Below, one piece after another: positions 10,548 to 18,244 of a DNA stretch of 64,000 bases (position 1 is its first letter; every line of letters begins with the position of its first letter). The stretch is taken from contig JBEBGV010000011.1 of NCBI GenBank assembly GCA_040081265.1, positions 11,330-75,329 of the forward strand, in the 5' to 3' direction. The translations under genes were made by a program, and so were the position numbers. Source of the stretch: Vicinamibacterales bacterium (GTDB lineage Bacteria; Acidobacteriota; Vicinamibacteria; Vicinamibacterales; UBA2999). The notes beneath the pieces are model-generated. The model did no database searches. It worked only from the letters and a program-made list of their open reading frames with translations, and was not told the DNA's origin.

Positions 10548-12458
10548 ATGAGCAAAATCATCGGTATCGACCTGGGCACCACCAACTCTGTTGTCGCCGT
10601 GATGGAAGGTGGCGAACCCGTGGTCATCACCAACCCGGAGGGAAGCCGACTGACGCCGTCTGTCGTCGCCTTCACCAAGACGGGCGAGCGGCTGGTGGGG
10701 CAGGTTGCCAAGCGCCAAGCCGTCACCAATCCGGAGAACACCATCTTCTCCATCAAGCGCTTCATGGGCCGTCGTTTCACCGAAGTGAACGAGGAAATGA
10801 AGATGGTGCCGTATACCGTCGCCCCGGCCAGCAACGGCGACGTGCGCGTGAAGATCGGCAGCGAAGACTACGCACCGCCGCAGATCTCCGCGATGGTGCT
10901 GCAGAAACTGAAGCAGGCCGCCGAGGAGTATCTGGGGCAGTCGGTCGGCAAGGCCGTGATCACGGTGCCTGCCTACTTCAACGACGCTCAGCGCCAGGCC
11001 ACCAAGGAAGCCGGCAAGATTGCCGGCCTCGAGGTGATGCGCATCGTCAACGAGCCGACTGCGGCGGCACTGGCCTACGGACTCGACAAGAAGAAGGACG
11101 AGACGATCGCCGTGTATGACTTCGGCGGTGGCACCTTTGACATCTCGATTCTCGAGGTGGGCGAGGGCGTCGTTGAGGTGAAGGCGACCAATGGCGACAC
11201 CCACCTCGGAGGCGACAACCTCGATCAGCGCATCATCGAGTGGATTGCGGCAGAGTTCAAGAAGAGCGACGGCATCGACTTGAGCAAGGACCGGATGGCG
11301 CTCCAGCGTCTCCGCGAGGCGGCCGAGAAGGCCAAGATGGAGCTCTCCACCGTGATGGAGACCGACATCAACCTGCCGTTCGTCACCGCCGACCAGAGCG
11401 GGCCCAAGCATCTGCAGATGAAGCTGACCCGGGCGCGCTTCGAGCAGCTGGTCGAAGAACTGCTGCAGAAGACCGTTGAGCCGACCCGAAAGGCGCTGGC
11501 TGACGCCGGCATCGACAAGTCGAAGATCGACGAGGTCGTGCTCGTCGGTGGCTCGACGCGCATTCCGCGCGTGCAGCAGATCGTCAAGGAACTGTTCGGC
11601 AAAGAGCCGCACAAGGGTGTCAACCCCGACGAGGTCGTGGCGATCGGCGCGGCGATTCAGGCCGGAGTCCTCGCGGGCGAAGTCAAGGACCTGCTCCTGC
11701 TCGACGTGACGCCGCTGTCGCTCGGGATTGAAACGCTCGGCGGGGTGATGACGACGCTCATCCAGCGGAACACGACGATTCCGACCCGCAAGAGCGAGAC
11801 GTTCTCGACCGCGGCCGACAGCCAGACCAGCGTGGAAGTCCATGTGTGTCAGGGCGAGCGGCCGCTGGCGCGGGACAATCGCACGCTCGGGCGCTTTCAG
11901 CTGGTCGGTATCCCGCCGGCGCCCCGTGGCGTCCCCCAGATCGAGGTGACGTTCGACATCGATGCCAACGGCATGGTCAACGTCTCGGCCAAGGACATGG
12001 GCACGGGCAAGGAACAGAAGATCACGATCACTGCGTCGAGCGGCCTGAGCAAGGACGAAGTCGATCAGATGATGCGCGATGCTGAAGCGCACGCCGAAGA
12101 GGACCGCAAACGCAAGGAAGAGATCGAGGTGCGCAACAAGGCCGATCAGGCGGTGTATGCGGCCGAGAAGATGCTGCAGGACATGGGCGGCAAGCTTCCT
12201 GCCGACGACAAGGCTGCCGTCGAGACCGCTGTGACCGCGCTGAAGGGCGCGATCAGTGCCAACGACGTTCAGGCGATGACGAGCGCGATGGACCAGTTGA
12301 CACAGGCGCAGCACAAGGCGGCCGAGGCGTTGTACAAGACGGGCGGGGCGGCCGGCGCTGATGCAGGTGGCGGGCCTGACACCAACGCCGGGGCGCAGGG
12401 TAGCGCAGCGCCCGGCGATGTCATCGACGCTGAAGTGGTGGACGAAGACAAGAAGTAA
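10548..12458 (+). CDS. dnaK: molecular chaperone DnaK (Hsp70)
   Basis: [22 protein letters not shown]..., DLGGGTFD-type motif ([14 protein letters not shown]), [13 protein letters not shown], acidic C-terminus. The ORF opens at GTG 10539, but ATG 10548 follows GAGGA (10533-10537). Confidence 0.98.
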   Translation: MSKIIGIDLGTTNSVVAVMEGGEPVVITNPEGSRLTPSVVAFTKTGERLVGQVAKRQAVTNPENTIFSIKRFMGRRFTEVNEEMKMVPYTVAPASNGDVRVKIGSEDYAPPQISAMVLQKLKQAAEEYLGQSVGKAVITVPAYFNDAQRQATKEAGKIAGLEVMRIVNEPTAAALAYGLDKKKDETIAVYDFGGGTFDISILEVGEGVVEVKATNGDTHLGGDNLDQRIIEWIAAEFKKSDGIDLSKDRMALQRLREAAEKAKMELSTVMETDINLPFVTADQSGPKHLQMKLTRARFEQLVEELLQKTVEPTRKALADAGIDKSKIDEVVLVGGSTRIPRVQQIVKELFGKEPHKGVNPDEVVAIGAAIQAGVLAGEVKDLLLLDVTPLSLGIETLGGVMTTLIQRNTTIPTRKSETFSTAADSQTSVEVHVCQGERPLARDNRTLGRFQLVGIPPAPRGVPQIEVTFDIDANGMVNVSAKDMGTGKEQKITITASSGLSKDEVDQMMRDAEAHAEEDRKRKEEIEVRNKADQAVYAAEKMLQDMGGKLPADDKAAVETAVTALKGAISANDVQAMTSAMDQLTQAQHKAAEALYKTGGAAGADAGGGPDTNAGAQGSAAPGDVIDAEVVDEDKK

Positions 12459-12481
12459 GGTCGATCAGCTGGGTACGGCTC

Positions 12482-13558
12482 ATGGATCTGTTTGTCATTC
12501 TTGGTGTGAATCGGGGGGCGAGCGAGGGCGAGATTCGTCGCGCGTATCGCCGCCTCGCGCGGCGCTATCATCCGGACATCAATCCGGGTGACCAGGAGTG
12601 TGCGAACAGGTTTCAGCAGATTGCCCAGGCCTACGAAGTCCTGACCGATCCGGAGCGACGTTCCCGCTATGAATCGGGGGCCCCTCTGCCCGAAACCGCG
12701 CCGACGCGCAGTATCGGCTTCGAGGGCTTCGATTTCTCCACACGTGCGGTCGATTACTCCGCAACGTTCGGCGATCTCTTTGCAGAGGTGCTCACCGAGC
12801 GTGCGGCGCGGGCCGTAGACGGTGGGCGTGGCGCCGACCTCCATCACGACATCACGGTGTCCTTTGGCGAGGCGCTGACGGGTGCAGTGCGAACCCTGAC
12901 AGTGACTCGCCATGATTCGTGCGGGTCATGTGCCGGCTCGGGGCGCGTGCAGGGCGTGGCGCGCGCCTGCGTGTCCTGTGGCGGCTCGGGGACGGTCAGG
13001 GCGGCGCGTGGGCACATGATCTTCTCGCAGGGGTGCCGGGCGTGTGATGGCCGGGGGACCGCACCAGCTCGCCTGTGCGACGTCTGTCGAGGGTCGGGCA
13101 AGGAAACGCGGGCTGAAGCGGTGTCGATTCGCCTTCCCGCGGGCGTGGCCGACGGCGAACGTGTGCGGGTGGCCGGCAGGGGACACGCAGGGGCTCCAGG
13201 CGCTGCGGCCGGTGACCTGTATGTCACGGTCAAGGTGGCCCCCGATGAGCGGTTCAGACGCGAAGGCGACGACCTTCACGTCATCCTGCCCATCGCCGTA
13301 CACGAAGCGGCTCTCGGGGCGCGCATCGAGATCGCCACACCGGATGGTACGGTCAAGGTGGCCGTGCCTCCGGGGACGCAGTCGGGCCAGAAGATCCGGC
13401 TCCGCGAGCGTGGCGCCACCTCCACGCGCACGGGTCGTCGAGGCGACCTGATCGTGGAGGTTCGCCTGATGCTGCCGCCGCTGCTCGACGAGCGATCGCA
13501 GGCGCTGCTGCGCGAGTTTGGCCGGCTCAACGGCGAGAGTGTCAGGGAGCGCTGGTAA
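12482..13558 (+). CDS. dnaJ: co-chaperone DnaJ (J domain plus 4x CxxCxGxG zinc finger)
   Basis: J domain with HPD (YRRLARRYHPDINP). Cys repeats CGSCAGSG, CVSCGGSG, CRACDGRG, CDVCRGSG. DnaJ C-terminal domains. The G/F region is short. Confidence 0.85.
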   Translation: MDLFVILGVNRGASEGEIRRAYRRLARRYHPDINPGDQECANRFQQIAQAYEVLTDPERRSRYESGAPLPETAPTRSIGFEGFDFSTRAVDYSATFGDLFAEVLTERAARAVDGGRGADLHHDITVSFGEALTGAVRTLTVTRHDSCGSCAGSGRVQGVARACVSCGGSGTVRAARGHMIFSQGCRACDGRGTAPARLCDVCRGSGKETRAEAVSIRLPAGVADGERVRVAGRGHAGAPGAAAGDLYVTVKVAPDERFRREGDDLHVILPIAVHEAALGARIEIATPDGTVKVAVPPGTQSGQKIRLRERGATSTRTGRRGDLIVEVRLMLPPLLDERSQALLREFGRLNGESVRERW

Positions 13559-13974
13559 TGGCCAAGCGGACCGAGCGCGGCAAGGCGTACTACATGATCA
13601 GCGCGGTGTCACAGCGATACAACATCCACCCGCAGACGCTCCGGCTTTACGAACGGGAGGGGCTGCTCAAGCCTTCGCGCACCGAAGGCAACACGCGGCT
13701 GTACTCGGACGAGGATCTCGAACAGCTCGAAACCATCCTGTCGCTGACGCGCGATCTCGGCGTCAATCTCGCCGGCGTGGAGATCATCCTCAACATGCGC
13801 CGCAAGATCGAGCAGATGCAGTCGGAAGTGAACGAGTTCATGGGCTATGTCAAGAAGGAGTTGGCCCGAGGCATCGATGACTGGGAGCAGCGACTCAGCA
13901 CGGCGCTTGTCAAGTCTTCTCCCACTGATCTCGTCAGGCGATCGCCCGAACCCGACGAGCAGAAGCAGAAGTAA
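13558..13974 (+). CDS. hspR: MerR-family heat-shock repressor HspR
   Basis: 138 aa. MerR HTH (YYMISAVSQRYNIHPQTLRLYEREGLLKPSRTEGNTRLYS). Sits immediately after dnaJ with a TAATG stop/start overlap, the classical hspR position. Confidence 0.8.
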   Translation: MAKRTERGKAYYMISAVSQRYNIHPQTLRLYEREGLLKPSRTEGNTRLYSDEDLEQLETILSLTRDLGVNLAGVEIILNMRRKIEQMQSEVNEFMGYVKKELARGIDDWEQRLSTALVKSSPTDLVRRSPEPDEQKQK

Positions 13975-14006
13975 ATCGACGGCAGAAGCAGAAGGAGCAA
14001 GAGCGA

Positions 14007-14891
14007 GTGTTCGGTGTAGGATCACTCGTGCCCTGCGACGTCTGCAACGCCACCGGATGGAAGACGATTGAAACAGGTGGGGTCTCGCGAGTCACGCGCT
14101 GCGACTGCTGGTACGAACAGTCCCTCGAACGCGCTATCGCCGGCGCGCGCATCCAGAAGCGGTACAACCACTGCGAACTGAGCAACTTCGAGCATCACTA
14201 CGATTCCCTCCGTGATGCGCATCGAAAGGCCGTGCGCTTTGTCGAGCAGTTCCCGGCCGTCGACAAGGGCCTGCTGCTCATCGGTGACAACGGCGTGGGC
14301 AAGACTCACCTGGCCGTCGCGATCCTGAAAGCCGTCATCCGCAGCAAACGCATCCAGGGCTTCTTCTACGAAACCGGGGAATTGCTCAAGCTGGTTCGAG
14401 ACACCTACGCGTCTGATACCAACGAGATGGACGTGCTCAGGCCCGTGCTCGAGGCCGACCTGCTCGTCCTTGACGATCTCGGCGTGGAGAAGACGTCGGA
14501 GTGGGTCCAGGAAACCCTCGGTCACGTCGTCAACATCCGCTACAGCGAGCGGCGTCCCACGGTGTTCACGACCAACCTGCAGGACTCGGAAGACTCCACC
14601 AATCCCAGATCCTTCCTCTATCGCCTCGGTTCACGCACCAGGTCCCGCCTGTTCGAGATGTGTGACTGGGTCTACATGGAAGGCGTCGACAGCCGCGAGG
14701 TTGGCGGACCTGAAGCGACCCCCGATCAGATTGAGAAGTGGCAGAAGAAGTCGCCCCTCTCACCGAAGAACCGCGAGCGCGCGGCCCGAAGCGCCCTGCC
14801 CGGTCGTACGGGAGGTCAGGCCCGAGCGCAGATTCCGCTTCGCGACGGCAAGGGCGAGCTCAAGTGGCCCGGTGGTCGCGCCGGCAGCTAG
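14007..14891 (+). CDS. DnaC/IstB-like AAA+ ATPase with an N-terminal 4-Cys cluster
   Basis: Walker A GDNGVGKTHL, Walker B LLVLDDLG, sensor TTN. N-terminal CDVCNATGW-x16-CDC. GAAGGAG lies 9 nt upstream of GTG 14007. No transposase is adjacent. Confidence 0.7.
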   Translation: MFGVGSLVPCDVCNATGWKTIETGGVSRVTRCDCWYEQSLERAIAGARIQKRYNHCELSNFEHHYDSLRDAHRKAVRFVEQFPAVDKGLLLIGDNGVGKTHLAVAILKAVIRSKRIQGFFYETGELLKLVRDTYASDTNEMDVLRPVLEADLLVLDDLGVEKTSEWVQETLGHVVNIRYSERRPTVFTTNLQDSEDSTNPRSFLYRLGSRTRSRLFEMCDWVYMEGVDSREVGGPEATPDQIEKWQKKSPLSPKNRERAARSALPGRTGGQARAQIPLRDGKGELKWPGGRAGS

Positions 14892-14895
14892 CTCC

Positions 14896-16032
14896 GTGCC
14901 CCTCGGTCTCTACGTCCACGTTCCGTTCTGCTCGTCGATCTGCAACTACTGCAACTTCAACCGGGGTCTCTTCGACCCTGCCCTCAAGCTGAAGTACGTC
15001 GAGGCGCTCCTGGCCGAGATCACGGGCGCTGGCGACGGGTCGCCCGCCGATACCATTTTTTTTGGCGGCGGCACGCCCTCGCTGCTCGAGCCCGGTGAAA
15101 TCGGCGCCATCATCCGCGCGTGTCGGGACACATTTGCTGTCGAGCGAGATGCCGAGATTACGCTCGAGGCCAACCCCGAAACGGTCAGCGAGGAGCGCCT
15201 GGCTGCGTACCGCGCCAACGGCATCAATCGACTCAGCTTCGGCGTCCAATCATTCCGAGACGATGAGCTGAGGCGTTTGAGTCGTCTCCACTCGGCGGGA
15301 CGCGCCGCTGAGGCTGTCGCGGAAGCCAGACGTGCCGGGTTCGACAACGTGTCGCTCGACCTGATGATGTGGCTGCCCGAGCAGTCGGTCGCCAGCTGGC
15401 TCGAGTCTGTTGGCCGTCTGGTTGAGCTCGAACCCGACCACGCGTCGTTGTACCTCCTGGAGCTTTATCCCAACGCGCCACTGAAAGAGGACATGGCTCG
15501 ATCGCGTTGGTCGCTGGCGCCTGACGATGACGCGGCGGACATGTATTTGCAGGGGCTTCAATGTCTGGACGAAGCAGGTTACCGGCAATACGAGATTTCG
15601 AACGTATCGCGTGCCGGTCGCGAGTCGCGGCACAATCTGAAGTACTGGAGCGACGGGGCCTGGCTGGGCTTCGGGTGCGGGGCGCACTCCACACGCCGGG
15701 GTGTGCGGTGGAAGAACCAGTCGGGGACCCAGGCGTACATCGACGCGGTGTCCGGCGGGGGTCCATTGGTAAGCGAGCGCCGGGAATTATCCCCGGCCGA
15801 GCAGGTGGAGGACGCGCTCTTCACGGGGTTGCGTCTGAGCGCAGGCCTTGACGTTGGCGGGATTCTGGAGCGTTACGACGTCGATGTCTGGTCAACCTAC
15901 GGTCAGGCCTTGACCCGATACCTGGAAGCCGGGCTCTTGATCTATGATGGCGCCCGGCTGCGACTGACCCGGCAGGGGATGCTCCTCGCGAATGAAGTCA
16001 TGGCCGTGTTTATTGAATCCAACGTACGGTAG
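14896..16032 (+). CDS. hemW: radical SAM heme chaperone HemW / oxygen-independent coproporphyrinogen oxidase-like protein
   Basis: In-frame GTG 14896 just after the upstream stop. LGLYVHVPFCSSICNYCNF radical-SAM motif, GGGTPS, HemN C-terminal domain. The upstream 142 codons of ORF 14470-16032 overlap the preceding gene and are not credible. Confidence 0.85.
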   Translation: MPLGLYVHVPFCSSICNYCNFNRGLFDPALKLKYVEALLAEITGAGDGSPADTIFFGGGTPSLLEPGEIGAIIRACRDTFAVERDAEITLEANPETVSEERLAAYRANGINRLSFGVQSFRDDELRRLSRLHSAGRAAEAVAEARRAGFDNVSLDLMMWLPEQSVASWLESVGRLVELEPDHASLYLLELYPNAPLKEDMARSRWSLAPDDDAADMYLQGLQCLDEAGYRQYEISNVSRAGRESRHNLKYWSDGAWLGFGCGAHSTRRGVRWKNQSGTQAYIDAVSGGGPLVSERRELSPAEQVEDALFTGLRLSAGLDVGGILERYDVDVWSTYGQALTRYLEAGLLIYDGARLRLTRQGMLLANEVMAVFIESNVR

Positions 16033-16062
16033 AGTACCCGCCTTTCCGAGGAGGCTTTTAAA

Positions 16063-16512
16063 ATGCGACGACTGTTCGGAGTTCTACTGGCTGGCGCGAT
16101 CCTGATGCTGCCGGCACTTTCGCAGCCCGTGTACGCCCAGGCCCAGAAGCTCACTTTCGAAGGTGAGTCCGTCATCTGGATGGTCTCGATCAAGGCTGGG
16201 AAGGATGCCGACTTCGAAGCCGTCGTTGCGGCGCTGAAGAGCGCCCTGGCGGCATCGACTGACCCTAACGCTAAGCAGCAGGCTGCGGGCTGGAAAATCC
16301 TGAAATCCACCAAGCCTCAGCCAGACGGCACGACCATCTATACCCACCACATCACGGTCGTGCCGGGTGCCGACTACGGTGTGATGGCGAACATCTACGC
16401 GGCGGTCAAGGATCCGACCGAGCAGCGCGCGATTTACGATAAGTATGTCGGGGCGTTCGACAAGAACATCCTGCAGTTGTCGTTCACGACCGCTGCCGAT
16501 CTCGGCAAGTAA
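16063..16512 (+). CDS. secreted hypothetical protein
   Basis: 149 aa. GAGGAGG Shine-Dalgarno upstream. Signal peptide MRRLFGVLLAGAILMLPALSQPVYAQA. No family recognised. Confidence 0.55.
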   Translation: MRRLFGVLLAGAILMLPALSQPVYAQAQKLTFEGESVIWMVSIKAGKDADFEAVVAALKSALAASTDPNAKQQAAGWKILKSTKPQPDGTTIYTHHITVVPGADYGVMANIYAAVKDPTEQRAIYDKYVGAFDKNILQLSFTTAADLGK

Positions 16513-16533
16513 CCTCGCCAGGATCTAACCGGA

Positions 16534-16579
16534 GGGGTCAGACCGGGGTCAGACCATGGTCTGACCCCGGTCTGACCCC
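16534..16579. terminator. perfect 46-nt palindrome (2 x GGGGTCAGACC, then 2 x its complement) between convergent genes; probable bidirectional terminator
   Basis: GGGGTCAGACCGGGGTCAGACC AT GGTCTGACCCCGGTCTGACCCC, read directly. Lies between the stop at 16512 (+) and the stop at 16585 (-). Confidence 0.6.
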
Positions 16580-16584
16580 AACCC

Positions 16585-17061
16585 TCAGAATCTCAGGTTC
16601 GCCCCCGCGTAGACGCGGTGGACACGAGCGTTGAGCGCGTCTCCCTTCAGCGTGAACACGCGATAGTCCAGGCGCAGCCGCAGCGGCCCCGCAATCGAGA
16701 TCTTCACACCGCCACCGGCGTTCATCCCGATACTCGTTTCCTGGCGGTCGCCAAGGCGCTCACGGTACAGACCTGCACCCGTTGTCAGATACGGCTGCAG
16801 GCCGCCGATCGCGACCGGGGTCTGCAGCAGCACGTTTCCCATGCCCGTGCGCAGGGACGGGGCGTCGTCGAGTGCGTCCTCGCCTGTGGTCGCGTACTCG
16901 AACTCAAAGGCGACGATGATCAGTCCGGCACCGGCGGCGATTCCCTTCACCACACGGTTGGCCGGCGTCGGGGTGCTGCCGAGAAACGCCGTGATGTCGG
17001 CGAACGCGCGCGACGGGAGCAGCAGAAGACAGAGCAGTAGTAGTCCTGCGCGAGTAGCCAT
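16585..17061 (-). CDS. small outer-membrane beta-barrel protein (OmpA-like/OmpW-like porin family)
   Basis: Only the last 158 codons of ORF 16585-18264 are credible. Start ATG at 17061: MATRAGLLLLCLLLLPSRAFA signal peptide, alternating beta-strand pattern, C-terminal ...YAGANLRF aromatic terminus typical of OMPs. Confidence 0.65.
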   Translation of the reverse strand: MATRAGLLLLCLLLLPSRAFADITAFLGSTPTPANRVVKGIAAGAGLIIVAFEFEYATTGEDALDDAPSLRTGMGNVLLQTPVAIGGLQPYLTTGAGLYRERLGDRQETSIGMNAGGGVKISIAGPLRLRLDYRVFTLKGDALNARVHRVYAGANLRF

Positions 17062-17091
17062 GGACCCAAATGATACGATGGGCGCGAGTCG

Positions 17092-18237
17092 ATGAACCTC
17101 AGCCTCACCGACGATCAGCTTCTCCTGAGAGACAGCGTTCGTGAGTTTGCCGAGCGCGAAATTCGCCCTCACGTGCGCGAGTGGGACGACGCTCAGCATT
17201 TTCCGGCTGAGCTGTTGCCGGCGCTGGCCGAACTCGGGCTGATGGGGATTCAGGTGCCCGAGGCCTATGGCGGCGCCGGCATGTCGGCGGTGGACTACTG
17301 CGTCTGTATCGAAGAGCTGGCCCGGGTCGACCCATCGGTGTGCCTGTCGGTTGCCGCACACAACGGGCTCGGCTCGGCGCACATCCTGTTGTTCGGCACC
17401 GAGGCGCAGAAGCAGCGCTACCTGGTGCCCCTCGCGACGGGGGCGCAGCTGTCGGCGTGGGGCCTGACCGAAGCCTCGTCTGGGAGCGATGCGGCCGCGA
17501 TGCGTACGATCGCCGTCCGCGACGGTGACCACTGGGTGCTCAACGGAACCAAGCAGTTCATCACTCACGGACGGTCCGCAGACGTCACCGTGGTGATGGC
17601 GGTCACCAACCGCACGAAGGGGGCCCGAGGGATATCCACCTTCATCGTCGAGCGCGGTACCAGCGGCTTTCGGCCCGGGAAGAAGGAAGACAAACTGGGC
17701 ATGCGCGCCAGCGAGACGACAGAGCTTGTCTTCGAGAACTGCAGGGTTCCTGTTGAGAACCTGCTGGGAGCCGAGGACCAGGGCTTTATCAACGCACTGC
17801 AGGTGCTCGACGCCGGTCGTATTGGCATCGCCGCCCTGGCGGTCGGGCTGGCGCAGGGAGCCTACGAGGCCGCGCGCGACTACGCGCGGGGCCGTCGGCA
17901 GTTCGGTCATGCCATTTCCAGCTTCCAGAGCATCAGGGCGAAACTCGTTGAGACGCTGATGCGGACCGAGGCCGCCCGACTCCTGACCTATCGAGCCGCC
18001 GCGATGAAAGATGCCGGCCTGCGTACGACCCTCGAGGCGGCCATGGCCAAACTCTACTCGAGCGAGATCGCCGTGCGCGCGGCTGAGGACGGCGTGCAGA
18101 TTCACGGCGGGTACGGGTTCATCAAGGACTATCCCGCCGAGAAGTTCTTTCGCGACGTCAAGCTGACGACCATCGGTGAGGGCACCAGCGAGATCCAGCG
18201 TCTGGTCATCGCGCGCCAGTTGCTGCTGGCCAGTTGA
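17092..18237 (+). CDS. acyl-CoA dehydrogenase (short/butyryl-chain type)
   Basis: 381 aa. WGLTEASSGSDAA, ITHG, FENCRVP, QIHGGYGF..., TTIGEGTSEIQRLVIAR: canonical ACAD motifs. Confidence 0.9.
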   Translation: MNLSLTDDQLLLRDSVREFAEREIRPHVREWDDAQHFPAELLPALAELGLMGIQVPEAYGGAGMSAVDYCVCIEELARVDPSVCLSVAAHNGLGSAHILLFGTEAQKQRYLVPLATGAQLSAWGLTEASSGSDAAAMRTIAVRDGDHWVLNGTKQFITHGRSADVTVVMAVTNRTKGARGISTFIVERGTSGFRPGKKEDKLGMRASETTELVFENCRVPVENLLGAEDQGFINALQVLDAGRIGIAALAVGLAQGAYEAARDYARGRRQFGHAISSFQSIRAKLVETLMRTEAARLLTYRAAAMKDAGLRTTLEAAMAKLYSSEIAVRAAEDGVQIHGGYGFIKDYPAEKFFRDVKLTTIGEGTSEIQRLVIARQLLLAS

Positions 18238-18244
18238 GGCGCGC

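Noticed and set aside
10509-12314. 601-aa ORF on the minus strand opposite dnaK. Similar long antisense ORFs: 773-1510 (+), 5423-6541 (-), 6628-7659 (-), 8432-9226 (+), 9446-10342 (+), 19520-20386 (-), 21447-22418 (-), 36566-37063 (-), 41828-43291 (-), 46436-47113 (-), 47180-48010 (-), 52848-53831 (-), 58086-58985 (-).
   Set aside because: They lie antisense to genes with unmistakable family signatures. Their Arg/Gly/His/Asp-rich composition is typical of shadow ORFs in high-GC DNA, and they have no recognisable motifs.
14007-14891. IstB-like ATPase considered as part of an IS21-family mobile element.
   Set aside because: No istA transposase ORF, no terminal inverted repeats, no compositional break, and it is flanked tightly by housekeeping genes.
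14470-14895. N-terminal 142 codons of the 520-aa ORF preceding hemW. Similar upstream extensions: 2103-2267, 2783-2836, 18176-18244, 30836-32275 (above 31996), 45524-45802, 54863-54985, 58702-58983, 60371-61045.
   Set aside because: These extensions overlap the preceding real gene in another frame and are Arg/Pro/Ser-rich. Conserved N-termini, signal peptides or SD sites mark later in-frame starts.
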